Of a stretch of 33,085 nucleotides of DNA, positions 9,106 to 17,600 are shown one piece after another; position 1 is the stretch's first letter; every line of letters starts with the position of its first letter. The notes under the pieces were generated by a model that worked only from the letters and a program-made list of their open reading frames with translations, did not search any database and was not told the DNA's origin. The stretch is from Planctomycetota bacterium (GTDB lineage: Bacteria; Planctomycetota; UBA11346): assembly GCA_038213805.1 (NCBI GenBank), contig JBBQSO010000061.1, positions 1-33,085 on the forward strand, given 5' to 3'. The position numbers were made by a program, and so were the translations under genes.

Positions 9106-10497
9106 ATGGCTGACTACGATGTCCTCGTCATCGGCGCCGGTCCCGGCGGATACGTCGCTGCGATCAAGGCGGCCCAGTACGGCAAGAAGACCGCGATTAT
9201 CGAAAAGGAGAGCCTCGGCGGCGTGTGCCTCAACTGGGGCTGCATCCCGACCAAGGCGCTGCTTAAGAGCGCGGAGATCTTCGACGGTCTGAAACATGCC
9301 AAGGATTACGGTCTGGCCGCCGACAATGTGCGCGCTGACTTCGCCGCGGTGATCAAGCGCTCGCGCGACGTCGCCGGCGCCATGGCGAAGGGCATCGAGT
9401 TCCTGATGAAGAAGAACAAGATCACCGTGCTGAGCGGCACGGCGACCTTCGTCGACGCCAAGACCGTCGCGGTGAAGAAGGCCGACGGCAGCACGCAGAA
9501 CGTCAGCGCCGACAACGTCATCATCGCGACTGGGCACAAGCCGCGCACCTTCCCGCACCTGCCGGTCGACGGCAAGCTGGTGGTCAACTACCGCCACCTG
9601 CTCGCGGCCACCGAGCAGCCGAAGTCGCTGCTGTGCATCGGCGCGGGCGCCATCGGCATGGAGTTCGGCTACTTCTTCTCGACTCTTGGAACCAAGGTCA
9701 CCGTCGTCGAGGTCCTCGACCAGGTGCTGCCGGTCGAGGATGCCGAAGTCGCCAAGGTCGTCGAGCGCGCCTTCACCAAGGCCGGCGTGGCGATCAAGCT
9801 CGGCACCAAGGTGGTCAAGCTTGAGGTCAAGGCGGCCGGCGTCGCCGTGCACCTCGAGAAGGACGGCAAGGCCGAGGTCATCGAGGTCGACAAGGTCCTG
9901 GTCGCGGTCGGCTTCCTGGCCAGCACCGAGGGCGTCGGCCTGGACAAGGCCGGGGTCACCCTCGACGAGCGCGGCTTCATCGCCGTCGATGCCAACATGC
10001 TGACCAACGTGCCGGGTGTCTACGCCATCGGCGACGTCGCCGGCAAGCAGCTGCTCGCGCACAAGGCGAGTTTCGAGGGCGAGGCCGCGGTCGGCCATAT
10101 CGTCGGCCACCCCGCGCCGCTCAACTACGCGCAGATCCCCGGCTGCACCTACTGCCAGCCGCAGGTCGCCTCGGTCGGGCTGACCGAGAAGAAGGCCCTG
10201 GCCGAGGGCCGGAAGCTGAAGATCGGCCGCTTCCAGTTCGCGGCCTCGGGCAAGGCCAAGGCCATCGGCCACCCCGAGGGCTTCGTGAAGCTGGTCTTCG
10301 ACGCTGAGTTCGACCAGCTGATCGGTGCGCACCTGGTCGGCTACGACGCCACCGAGCTGCTCGCCGAGCTCAGCCTGGCGATGAAGCTGGAGTGCACGGC
10401 CAAGGAGATCATGGAGACCATCCACGCCCACCCGACCCTGTCGGAAGCGGTGATGGAATCGGCGGCTGACGCGCTCGGCGTGTGCGTACACCAGTGA
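9106..10497 (+). CDS. lpdA: dihydrolipoamide dehydrogenase (E3)
   Basis: GAGPGGY FAD motif, GGVCLNWGCIPTK redox disulfide, GAGAIG, HAHPTLSE. Confidence 0.98.
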   Translation: MADYDVLVIGAGPGGYVAAIKAAQYGKKTAIIEKESLGGVCLNWGCIPTKALLKSAEIFDGLKHAKDYGLAADNVRADFAAVIKRSRDVAGAMAKGIEFLMKKNKITVLSGTATFVDAKTVAVKKADGSTQNVSADNVIIATGHKPRTFPHLPVDGKLVVNYRHLLAATEQPKSLLCIGAGAIGMEFGYFFSTLGTKVTVVEVLDQVLPVEDAEVAKVVERAFTKAGVAIKLGTKVVKLEVKAAGVAVHLEKDGKAEVIEVDKVLVAVGFLASTEGVGLDKAGVTLDERGFIAVDANMLTNVPGVYAIGDVAGKQLLAHKASFEGEAAVGHIVGHPAPLNYAQIPGCTYCQPQVASVGLTEKKALAEGRKLKIGRFQFAASGKAKAIGHPEGFVKLVFDAEFDQLIGAHLVGYDATELLAELSLAMKLECTAKEIMETIHAHPTLSEAVMESAADALGVCVHQ

Positions 10498-10499
10498 GG

Positions 10500-10671
10500 G
10501 GAAGTCCGGAAGTCCGGAAGTCCGGAAGTCCGGAAGTCGGGACTTTCCGGTGCTCGGCGCGGTTGCGATTCGTTGCGACGGTCTCGCATAGCCCCGGAAT
10601 CGGCGGGCTGAGGTATCCCCGGGTGTCTGGGCTTCCGACTTCCGGACTTCCGGACTTCCGGACTTCCGGAC
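10500..10671. repeat. inverted pair of octamer tandem repeats, (GGAAGTCC)x5 .. (GGACTTCC)x4.5
   Basis: Left arm 10500-10543, right arm 10633-10671, ~89 bp unique spacer. Confidence 0.92.
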
Positions 10672-10690
10672 GGCAGGCCGCAGGCCCGCC

Positions 10691-11386
10691 ATGACATTCA
10701 TCGAGTCCCACCCCACCATCATCACCCCGAATCCGGGCGGCCCGGCCGATCCGCTTGGTGAGTCGGTGCTCGACCCGCAGCAGCCGTGGCTGCGCGTGTT
10801 CGCCCCGGCCGAGGTGCGCGTGGTCGTCGGCCGCCACCAGGATCCGACGCGCGAAGTCCATGTCGATCACGCCCGTGCAGATGGGGTGCCCATCCACCGG
10901 CGCGTCGCGGGCGGCGGGGCGGTGGTGCTGGCGCCGGGCATGGTGGTGGTCGCTGCGCGGCTGCGCCACGAGGTCTTCGGCGTCACGCCCTACATCGACC
11001 TGGTCAGCGGGGCGCTGGTCGCCGGCGTCACGGCGGCGTGCGGGACGGCCCCGGTGATGCGCGGGCTGGGCGACTTGGCCATGGTCGGCGCAGACGGCGT
11101 CCTGCGCAAGGTGCTTGGGGCGTCGCTGCGCCAGACCTCGCGCATGGTGGTCTACCTGGGGGTGCTGCTGGTTGCGGACCGGGTGGAGCTGATGAATCGC
11201 TATCTGCGGCCGCCGAGCCGCGAGCCGGACTACCGTGGCGGGCGCGACCACGGCGACTTCTGCACCGGGCTCGACGCGCATGGCGCGAGCGAAGAAGGCC
11301 TCCTTGCCGCGGTGCGCACGGCCTGCCTGCGCGACCTCGCGGGCCATGCCCTGGAGGTGCCGCGGGTGGGTGGGCTGGGCGCTTGA
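10691..11386 (+). CDS. lipoate-protein ligase / octanoyltransferase family protein (catalytic domain only)
   Basis: VVVG..Q, RRVAGGGAV, GDL..RKVLGAS motifs of the BPL/LplA/LipB fold; directly after lpdA. Confidence 0.82.
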   Translation: MTFIESHPTIITPNPGGPADPLGESVLDPQQPWLRVFAPAEVRVVVGRHQDPTREVHVDHARADGVPIHRRVAGGGAVVLAPGMVVVAARLRHEVFGVTPYIDLVSGALVAGVTAACGTAPVMRGLGDLAMVGADGVLRKVLGASLRQTSRMVVYLGVLLVADRVELMNRYLRPPSREPDYRGGRDHGDFCTGLDAHGASEEGLLAAVRTACLRDLAGHALEVPRVGGLGA

Positions 11387-11494
11387 CGTGCCTGCCGCCC
11401 CGGGTGTGCTAGGAATCCGCTCACCACGCGCGGCCGTCCTCCGTCCGGGTCCTTTCAATCCCCGTCGTCCCTCAGCCTCGCGCCAGGATCTGCC

Positions 11495-12454
11495 ATGAAC
11501 AATCTCGCCATCATCGGTTCCGGACCCGCCGGCTACACTGCGGCCATCTACGCGGCACGCGCCAACCTCGCGCCGGTGCTGTTCACCGGCCGCCAGGCCG
11601 GGGGTCAGCTCACCACCACCACCGAGGTCGAGAACTATCCAGGCTTTCCCGAGGGCATCATGGGCCCCGAGTTGATGGTGCGCTTCGAGCAGCAAGCCAC
11701 GCGCTTCGGCACCGTGGTCAAGGCCGGCTGCGAAGTCACCGAGGTCAAGCGCGGCGAGCACGGCTTCACGATTTCGTGGAGCGACCTCTACCAGGGTACC
11801 AACGAGAGCGCGGAATACGCCACCGTGATCATCGCCACCGGCGCCAGCGCCCGCTACCTGGGCCTGCCCGGCGAAGAGGAGTTCCTGGTCGACGGTCCCG
11901 ACCGCAAGCACGGCCTGACCGCCTGCGCGACCTGCGACGGCGCCTTTTACAAGAACGTCGAGGTCGCGGTGATCGGCGGCGGTGACACCGCCTGCGAGGA
12001 AGCCAACTTCCTCACCAAGTTCGCCTCCAAGGTCTATCTCGTCCACCGCCGCGGCGAGTTGCGCGCGTCGAAGATCATGGCCGAGCGCGCGCTCAAGAAC
12101 CCCAAGATCCAGCCGATCTGGAACAAGACTCTGGGCGGCTACCAGGTCGACGCCAAGCGTAAGATGAGCGGCGTGACCCTGCTCGACACCGTCGACGGTT
12201 CGACCAGCCCGCTGGCGGTGAAGGCGGTGTTCATGGCCATCGGCCACACGCCCAACACCGGCTTCCTCAAGGATTCCGGCCTGAAATTCGACGCCAACGG
12301 CTACATCGAGGTCGAAGAAGGTTGCCGCACCAACGTGGCCGGCCTGTTCGCCGCCGGCGACGTGCGCGATCACCGCTACCGCCAGGCGATCACCGCGGCA
12401 GGCATGGGGTGCATGGAGGCGCTCGAGGCTGAGCACTATCTGCAGGGTCATTGA
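11495..12454 (+). CDS. trxB: thioredoxin reductase
   Basis: GSGPAGYTAA, GGQLTTTTEVENYPGF, CATCDG, GGGDTA.EEA, YRQAITAAG. Confidence 0.97.
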   Translation: MNNLAIIGSGPAGYTAAIYAARANLAPVLFTGRQAGGQLTTTTEVENYPGFPEGIMGPELMVRFEQQATRFGTVVKAGCEVTEVKRGEHGFTISWSDLYQGTNESAEYATVIIATGASARYLGLPGEEEFLVDGPDRKHGLTACATCDGAFYKNVEVAVIGGGDTACEEANFLTKFASKVYLVHRRGELRASKIMAERALKNPKIQPIWNKTLGGYQVDAKRKMSGVTLLDTVDGSTSPLAVKAVFMAIGHTPNTGFLKDSGLKFDANGYIEVEEGCRTNVAGLFAAGDVRDHRYRQAITAAGMGCMEALEAEHYLQGH

Positions 12455-12457
12455 AGA

Positions 12458-12596
12458 GGGTCCGGGGTCCGGAAGTCCGGAAGTCCGGAGTTCGGCTCGA
12501 CGAGGTCAGGGGGCCGTGAAGGGGAGGGTCGTAGTGATTTCCTCGCCGCCTTGCCCTCCTGGAGTTCGGAATTCCGGACTTCCGGACTTCCGGACC
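12458..12596. repeat. inverted pair of octamer tandem repeats, (GGAAGTCC)n .. (GGACTTCC)n
   Basis: Left arm 12458-12495, right arm 12561-12596, ~65 bp spacer. Confidence 0.88.
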
Positions 12597-12718
12597 TCAA
12601 GCCTCGTCCACCTAAGCACGTGCGCCCCAGCCTCTACCGCAACCTGCCTACGCTCCTCACCAAGGCTTGTGCTCTGCCCGTGCCGGGACTAGACTTGAGG
12701 TGGAAAGTCCACACGCCC

Positions 12719-14653
12719 ATGGCCCTCGCTGACGACAGCAGACCATCCGACGCGCTACCCCAGCTTCCCCACCTCCCGGGGATGGAGGGGCTGGACCAGC
12801 CAGCGGTCAAGGCCGAGGAGCCCGAGCCCTTCGACGTCAAACCCGAGTTCATCGTCGGCACCGCCCGTACCTCGCGCGTTGAGGCCAAGCCGGTGACCCC
12901 TGCGGGCGAGACCGCCCACGTCGTCAGCGGCCAGGATCCCTACCTCGGCCGCCAGTTCGGCGGCTATGAGCTGGTGCAGAAGGTCGGCCAGGGCGGCATG
13001 GGCCTGGTCTACAAGGGCCGCCAGCTCAGTCTCGACCGGGTGGTCGCGGTGAAGATCCTCAACAAGGCGCTGTGCGACAACGACGAGTTCATCAAGCGCT
13101 TCGCGCGCGAGGCCAAGTCCATCGCCCGCATCAACCATCCGAACATCATGTCGGTGCATGATTTCGGCCAGACCGATGGGGTCTGGTACATGGTCATCGA
13201 ATTCATCGAAGGCTCCAGCCTGTCGCGCCAGATCGCCGACCGCCTGATGCTGCCGGTCGAGGACCTGGCGCCCATGATGATGCAGTGCCTGGCCGGCCTC
13301 GCCCACGTCGGCGCGCAGGGCATCGTGCACCGCGACATCAAGCCCGACAACATCCTCATCACCAGTGAAGGCATCGCCAAGATCGCCGATTTCGGCCTCG
13401 CCAAGGACGTCTCGGCGAACAACGACGCGACCGACCTGACCGCGGTCGGACTGGCCATGGGTACGCCCGCCTACATGAGCCCGGAACAGTGCATGGGGCG
13501 CAAGCTCGATGGGCGTTCCGACCTCTATTCGCTCGGCGTCACCGCCTACCTCGCCCTGACCGGCGAGAAACCCTTCACCGGGCAGTCGTCGTTTGAGATC
13601 ATGACCAAGCAGCGCGAGCAGCTGCCGGTGCCGCCGTCCAAGCTCAATCCGCACATCCCGCGCGAGGTCTCGGACCTGGTCATGCGCATGCTCGCGAAGA
13701 GCCCGAGCGACCGCTTCAGCGACGCCGAGGCCTGTCGCGCCGCGTGGGCCGAGCTCGGCGCGCGCCTCGGCTTCCTTGGCAGCCCGCCGGCCGCGACCGA
13801 GGTCCCGTCCGCGCCGATCGTGAAGGGTGCGCGCAGCGGAGTGCCCGCACCGCTGCCACCCGCAAACGCACCGCTCGCGCCGCTCCCGTCGATGTCGCCA
13901 CCGCTCGCCGCGCCTCCTGCCGAGCCGGCCAAGTCCACCTCGCCGCGGCGCAGCACCGACGTCCATCCCGCGCCCGACGACGCCCACAAGGGCCCCAGCA
14001 GCGAACGCCGCGAACGCTCCACCACCGAGCGCCGACTGTCCGCGCGCGGCCCGGCGGTGGTGAGCGAGGCTTCGACCTGCGCGCGCTGCGGCATGCTCAA
14101 CCGCGGCGACGCGGCGGTGTGCTCGCGCTGCGGCCACGAGTTGCGCCCGCCGGCCGACGATCCCCAGGCCGCACGCGGCCAGGAGGCCGAGGCCCAGCGC
14201 CTGTTCGCCGCCGGCCAGTTCAAGGAGGCCGCGGGGATCTACGCGCGCCTCGCCGACCGCGAGACCGACCGCCGGGCGCGCACCGTGCTGCGCAGCCGCG
14301 AGCGCGAGGCGCGCACCGGCGAGCACGAGCATGCCGTGCTCGAGCTGCAGAACCGCACCCAGGTGATGGTCAAGCGCGGCGAACTGAAGGCCGGCATCGA
14401 GATCCTCGAGAAGGGCCTGCGCGAGGTGCGCGAGGCCGGCAGTTCGTCGACCGGTGCCGAGACGCGCCTGCTTGAGGACATCACCAACCTGCGCGCGCGG
14501 CTGCGTGGGCGGCGGCGCACCCGTGTGATCCTGATTGTGGTGGTGGTGGTCGCGGTGCTGGTTGGGCTGCTCCTGCTCAGCCTCGCCCTGCCGAAGGACG
14601 CGGCGCCGGGCCACGCGCTGCACGGACCGCCGGCGAGCGCGGACCAGGCATGA
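12719..14653 (+). CDS. Hanks-type Ser/Thr protein kinase with Pro-rich linker, zinc ribbon, TPR-like helices and C-terminal TM anchor
   Basis: GQGGMG, VAVK, HRDIKPDN, DFG, GTPAYMSPEQ; CARC..CSRC; hydrophobic VILIVVVVVAVLVGLLLLSL near the C-terminus. Start set at ATG 12719. Confidence 0.92.
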   Translation: MALADDSRPSDALPQLPHLPGMEGLDQPAVKAEEPEPFDVKPEFIVGTARTSRVEAKPVTPAGETAHVVSGQDPYLGRQFGGYELVQKVGQGGMGLVYKGRQLSLDRVVAVKILNKALCDNDEFIKRFAREAKSIARINHPNIMSVHDFGQTDGVWYMVIEFIEGSSLSRQIADRLMLPVEDLAPMMMQCLAGLAHVGAQGIVHRDIKPDNILITSEGIAKIADFGLAKDVSANNDATDLTAVGLAMGTPAYMSPEQCMGRKLDGRSDLYSLGVTAYLALTGEKPFTGQSSFEIMTKQREQLPVPPSKLNPHIPREVSDLVMRMLAKSPSDRFSDAEACRAAWAELGARLGFLGSPPAATEVPSAPIVKGARSGVPAPLPPANAPLAPLPSMSPPLAAPPAEPAKSTSPRRSTDVHPAPDDAHKGPSSERRERSTTERRLSARGPAVVSEASTCARCGMLNRGDAAVCSRCGHELRPPADDPQAARGQEAEAQRLFAAGQFKEAAGIYARLADRETDRRARTVLRSREREARTGEHEHAVLELQNRTQVMVKRGELKAGIEILEKGLREVREAGSSSTGAETRLLEDITNLRARLRGRRRTRVILIVVVVVAVLVGLLLLSLALPKDAAPGHALHGPPASADQA

Positions 14654-17600
14654 ACGTCCTGGTCTGCCCCCGCTGCCAACAGGCGCAGCCTGGACCGGCA
14701 CCCGTCGCGAGTGCGTGGCTCGCATGCGCGCAGTGCGGCCACCGCTGGCTGCCGGTCTTCCCGACCGCGACGGGGTCCCCGGACGCGCCGCCCCCGGCGC
14801 CGCGCACCGCCGCGTCCGCCCCGCTGCGCGCGGTGCCCGCGCCGCCGCGCCCGGTTGCCGCGGAGCAACCGCTGCCAGTCGCTGCGACCAGGCCCGAGAT
14901 CCCGGAACCTCCGGCGAAGCCGCTCACCGTGGCGCTGCCCGCCGAGGGCGGCCGGGCGGTCGGCCGCCACCTCGGCAGCGATGAGTACCGGCCGGACGAG
15001 ACTTCCGAGCTCAAGCGCCGCACCAAGGCCCTGACCGAGCGTCGCGAAGGCACGCCGCCCTCGTATTCTCCCGGTCGTCTGCAGGCGCAGCCCGGCGCCG
15101 CTCGACCCGCTCCGGCGCCGGTCAGTTCATCTGGCGCCAGCGCGGAGCCCGTCGACGCCGACCTCTTCGAGCGCATGGAGCAGCAGGCGGTGCAGGCGCG
15201 CAGCGTGCAGGACACCGTCGCCCAGGCGTCGCGCGCCGCGCCGATGCTCGCCTCCTCACCGGCGCTGCCGCCGCCGCCCGCCACGCCGCTGGCGCCGCAG
15301 TCTACGGCCGTTCCCATCGTCCCGCCCGCGGCGGGGCCGGTGGTGGCGCGCCAGGTCGCCTGCCCGGTGTGCGGCCATCGCTGGCAGTCGACACGCGGCG
15401 ATGGCGAGCAGCAGGGCTGCCCGCAGTGCCTGGTCACCTTCAACATCGCGCGCGGCCAGGTGGTGGCCGGGGCGCCGCGCATCGCCGGCCACAGCGACCC
15501 GTTGCTCGGCCGCGCGCTGCGCGGCTGCCTGATCGACCGCAAGCTCGGCGAGGGTGGCATGGGCGCGGTCTACCACGCGCGCCAGCTCAGCCTCGACCGC
15601 AGTGTGGCGGTAAAGGTGCTGCCGCCCGAGCTGGCCCGGAACAAGAATTTCATCCAGCGCTTCGAGCGCGAGGCCAAGAGCCTGGCGCGCATCAACCACG
15701 CGAACATCCTGCACATCTACGATTTCGGCGAGGACCAGGCGCTCGGTATCTACTTCATGATCATCGAATACGTCGAGGGCCGCGACCTCGGCGAGATCCT
15801 GCACGAGCAGTACACCCTCGGCCAGATCGAGGTCCTCGACATCGTGCGCCAGGCCTCGCTCGGCCTCGAGCAGGCCGCCGAGAAAGGCGTCATCCACCGC
15901 GACATCAAGCCCGACAACCTGATGCTCACTGCGGACGGGCTCTGCAAGGTCTCGGATTTCGGCTTGGCCAAGGGCTACGGCGCCGAGAAGGACGTGACCA
16001 GCATCGGCGTGCGCGTCGGCACGCCGGCGTTCATGAGCCCCGAGCAATGCGATGGCGTAGACGTCGACTTCCGTTCCGACATCTACAACCTCGGCTGCAC
16101 CGCCTTCCTGGCCCTCACCGGGCACCTGCCCTTCGACGCGGACACCCCGTTCGCGATCATGCTCAAGCACAAGAACGACCCCGTTCCATCGCCGCTGCTG
16201 CACAATCCCAACCTGCACCCGCGCGTCGCATCGCTGGTCATGCGCATGCTGGCCAAGCGCCCGGCGGACCGCTTCGCCACGCTCAAAGAGCTCATCGACC
16301 TGGTCGAGGAGCTCGAGGTCAGCCTCGCCGGCACCACCGCCATCCTGCGCAAGGTGCGCGGTCCCTACCGGCCGATGGGCGAGGCGCCCGACCTGGCGCA
16401 TGCCCGGCTCACCAGTCAGGGCGCGCGTGGCCCAGCCTCGCCGCCACCGCTGCGCCGGCCGCCGACGCCGGTCCCACCGGCCCCCGTGGTGGCGCGCCCG
16501 GCGCCCCCGCCCGTAACCCTCGGCTCGCCCGAGGATGTCCCTGATTGGCTGAAGCCGGTCGCGGTCGCGGCGACGCGCACGCCCCTGCCCTCCGCTCCAC
16601 CGGTCGAGAACGCATCCGCGGCCGCCTCTGGCCCGTCGGGCTTCCGCGACCTGCGTGCCAAGCTCGCCGAGGCGCGCTCGCGCACCCTCGCGGAGGAGGC
16701 CGGAGCAGTCGCGGAGCAGGCCGGTCGGCTGCTCGAGCAGGGCGACCATGAGGCCGCGGCGCAGGCCTATGAGCGCGCCGCGACCATCGCCCCGGCGGGA
16801 CCTGAGAGCAAACGCCTGGAACAGCTCGCGACCAACGTGCGCCGGCGCAGCGGTCGGCGCCGCGCGCTGCGCCGCTGGCTGGTCGCCGGCCTGGTGGTGG
16901 CGCTGGCCGGGGTCGGCACCTGGGGACTGACGCCGCAGATCCATGAACAGCTTGCGGCCAGCGAGCTCGAGCCGATCCAGGCGGTGGCCAACACCACCGC
17001 GCGCGTCCGCCAGCTCGAGCAGTTCGCCGCCGATTACGGCAAGCCCTGGGAATGGTACGTGACGGTGTTCCAGCGCGGGTATGTGGTGCCGTCGGCGGAG
17101 CGCGCCCTGCGCGAGGCCGCCGCGCTGCACCGCGCTCTGCAGCCACCGCCCGTCCATGCACCGACGCCGACACCTCCGCCGGCGGAGGATCCGGACCTGA
17201 CCGCCCTGCGGCGCGCCGCCCAGGACGACGCGGTGCCGTGGCGCGAGATCGCCGAACGCGCCAAGGCGCTGGTTGGGCGCCCGGTGCTGGCCGAGCGCGC
17301 CGCGGTGCAGGCGCTGCTCGACCAGGCCAACCGCGAAGTCCTCGCCATGGGCGAGGACTTCAAGCCCATCGAGGCCGCCTGGGTCGCTGGCCATCAGGGC
17401 GAGGCCGCCGATCTCGCGATCGCGTTCCGTGCCAAGCATCCGCGCGCCGGTGTGAGCACCCCGACGCTCGTTCCCGGCCGCCTGGTCGTGACGGACGCCG
17501 ACACCGGTGCGCTGCCCGCTGGCGTGCAGGTCGCCACCCAGGCGCAGGCGGTGCGCGGCCAGGTCACCGGGATGTTCACCAGTCCCGGCCGGCTGCTGGG

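Noticed and set aside
11383..11416. TTGACG..TAGGAAT as a trxB promoter
   Set aside because: The spacing (21 bp) is wrong for a sigma70 -35/-10 pair, and the TTGA is simply the ligase stop codon context.
8983..12451. Long minus-strand ORFs (580 aa, 680 aa) with KSGSPEVR/PDFRTSGL repeats
   Set aside because: Antisense shadows of lpdA, the ligase and trxB, kept open by GC3 bias and the stop-free octamer repeat.
7525..12596. Repeat-spacer-repeat pattern as a CRISPR array
   Set aside because: Units are 7-8 bp in direct tandem, the arms are inverted around a single spacer, and no cas genes are present.
12551..12718. N-terminal extension of kinase 1 from the ORF track
   Set aside because: It starts inside the repeat element (FRTSGLPD); ATG 12719 with a CCC-ATG context is more plausible.
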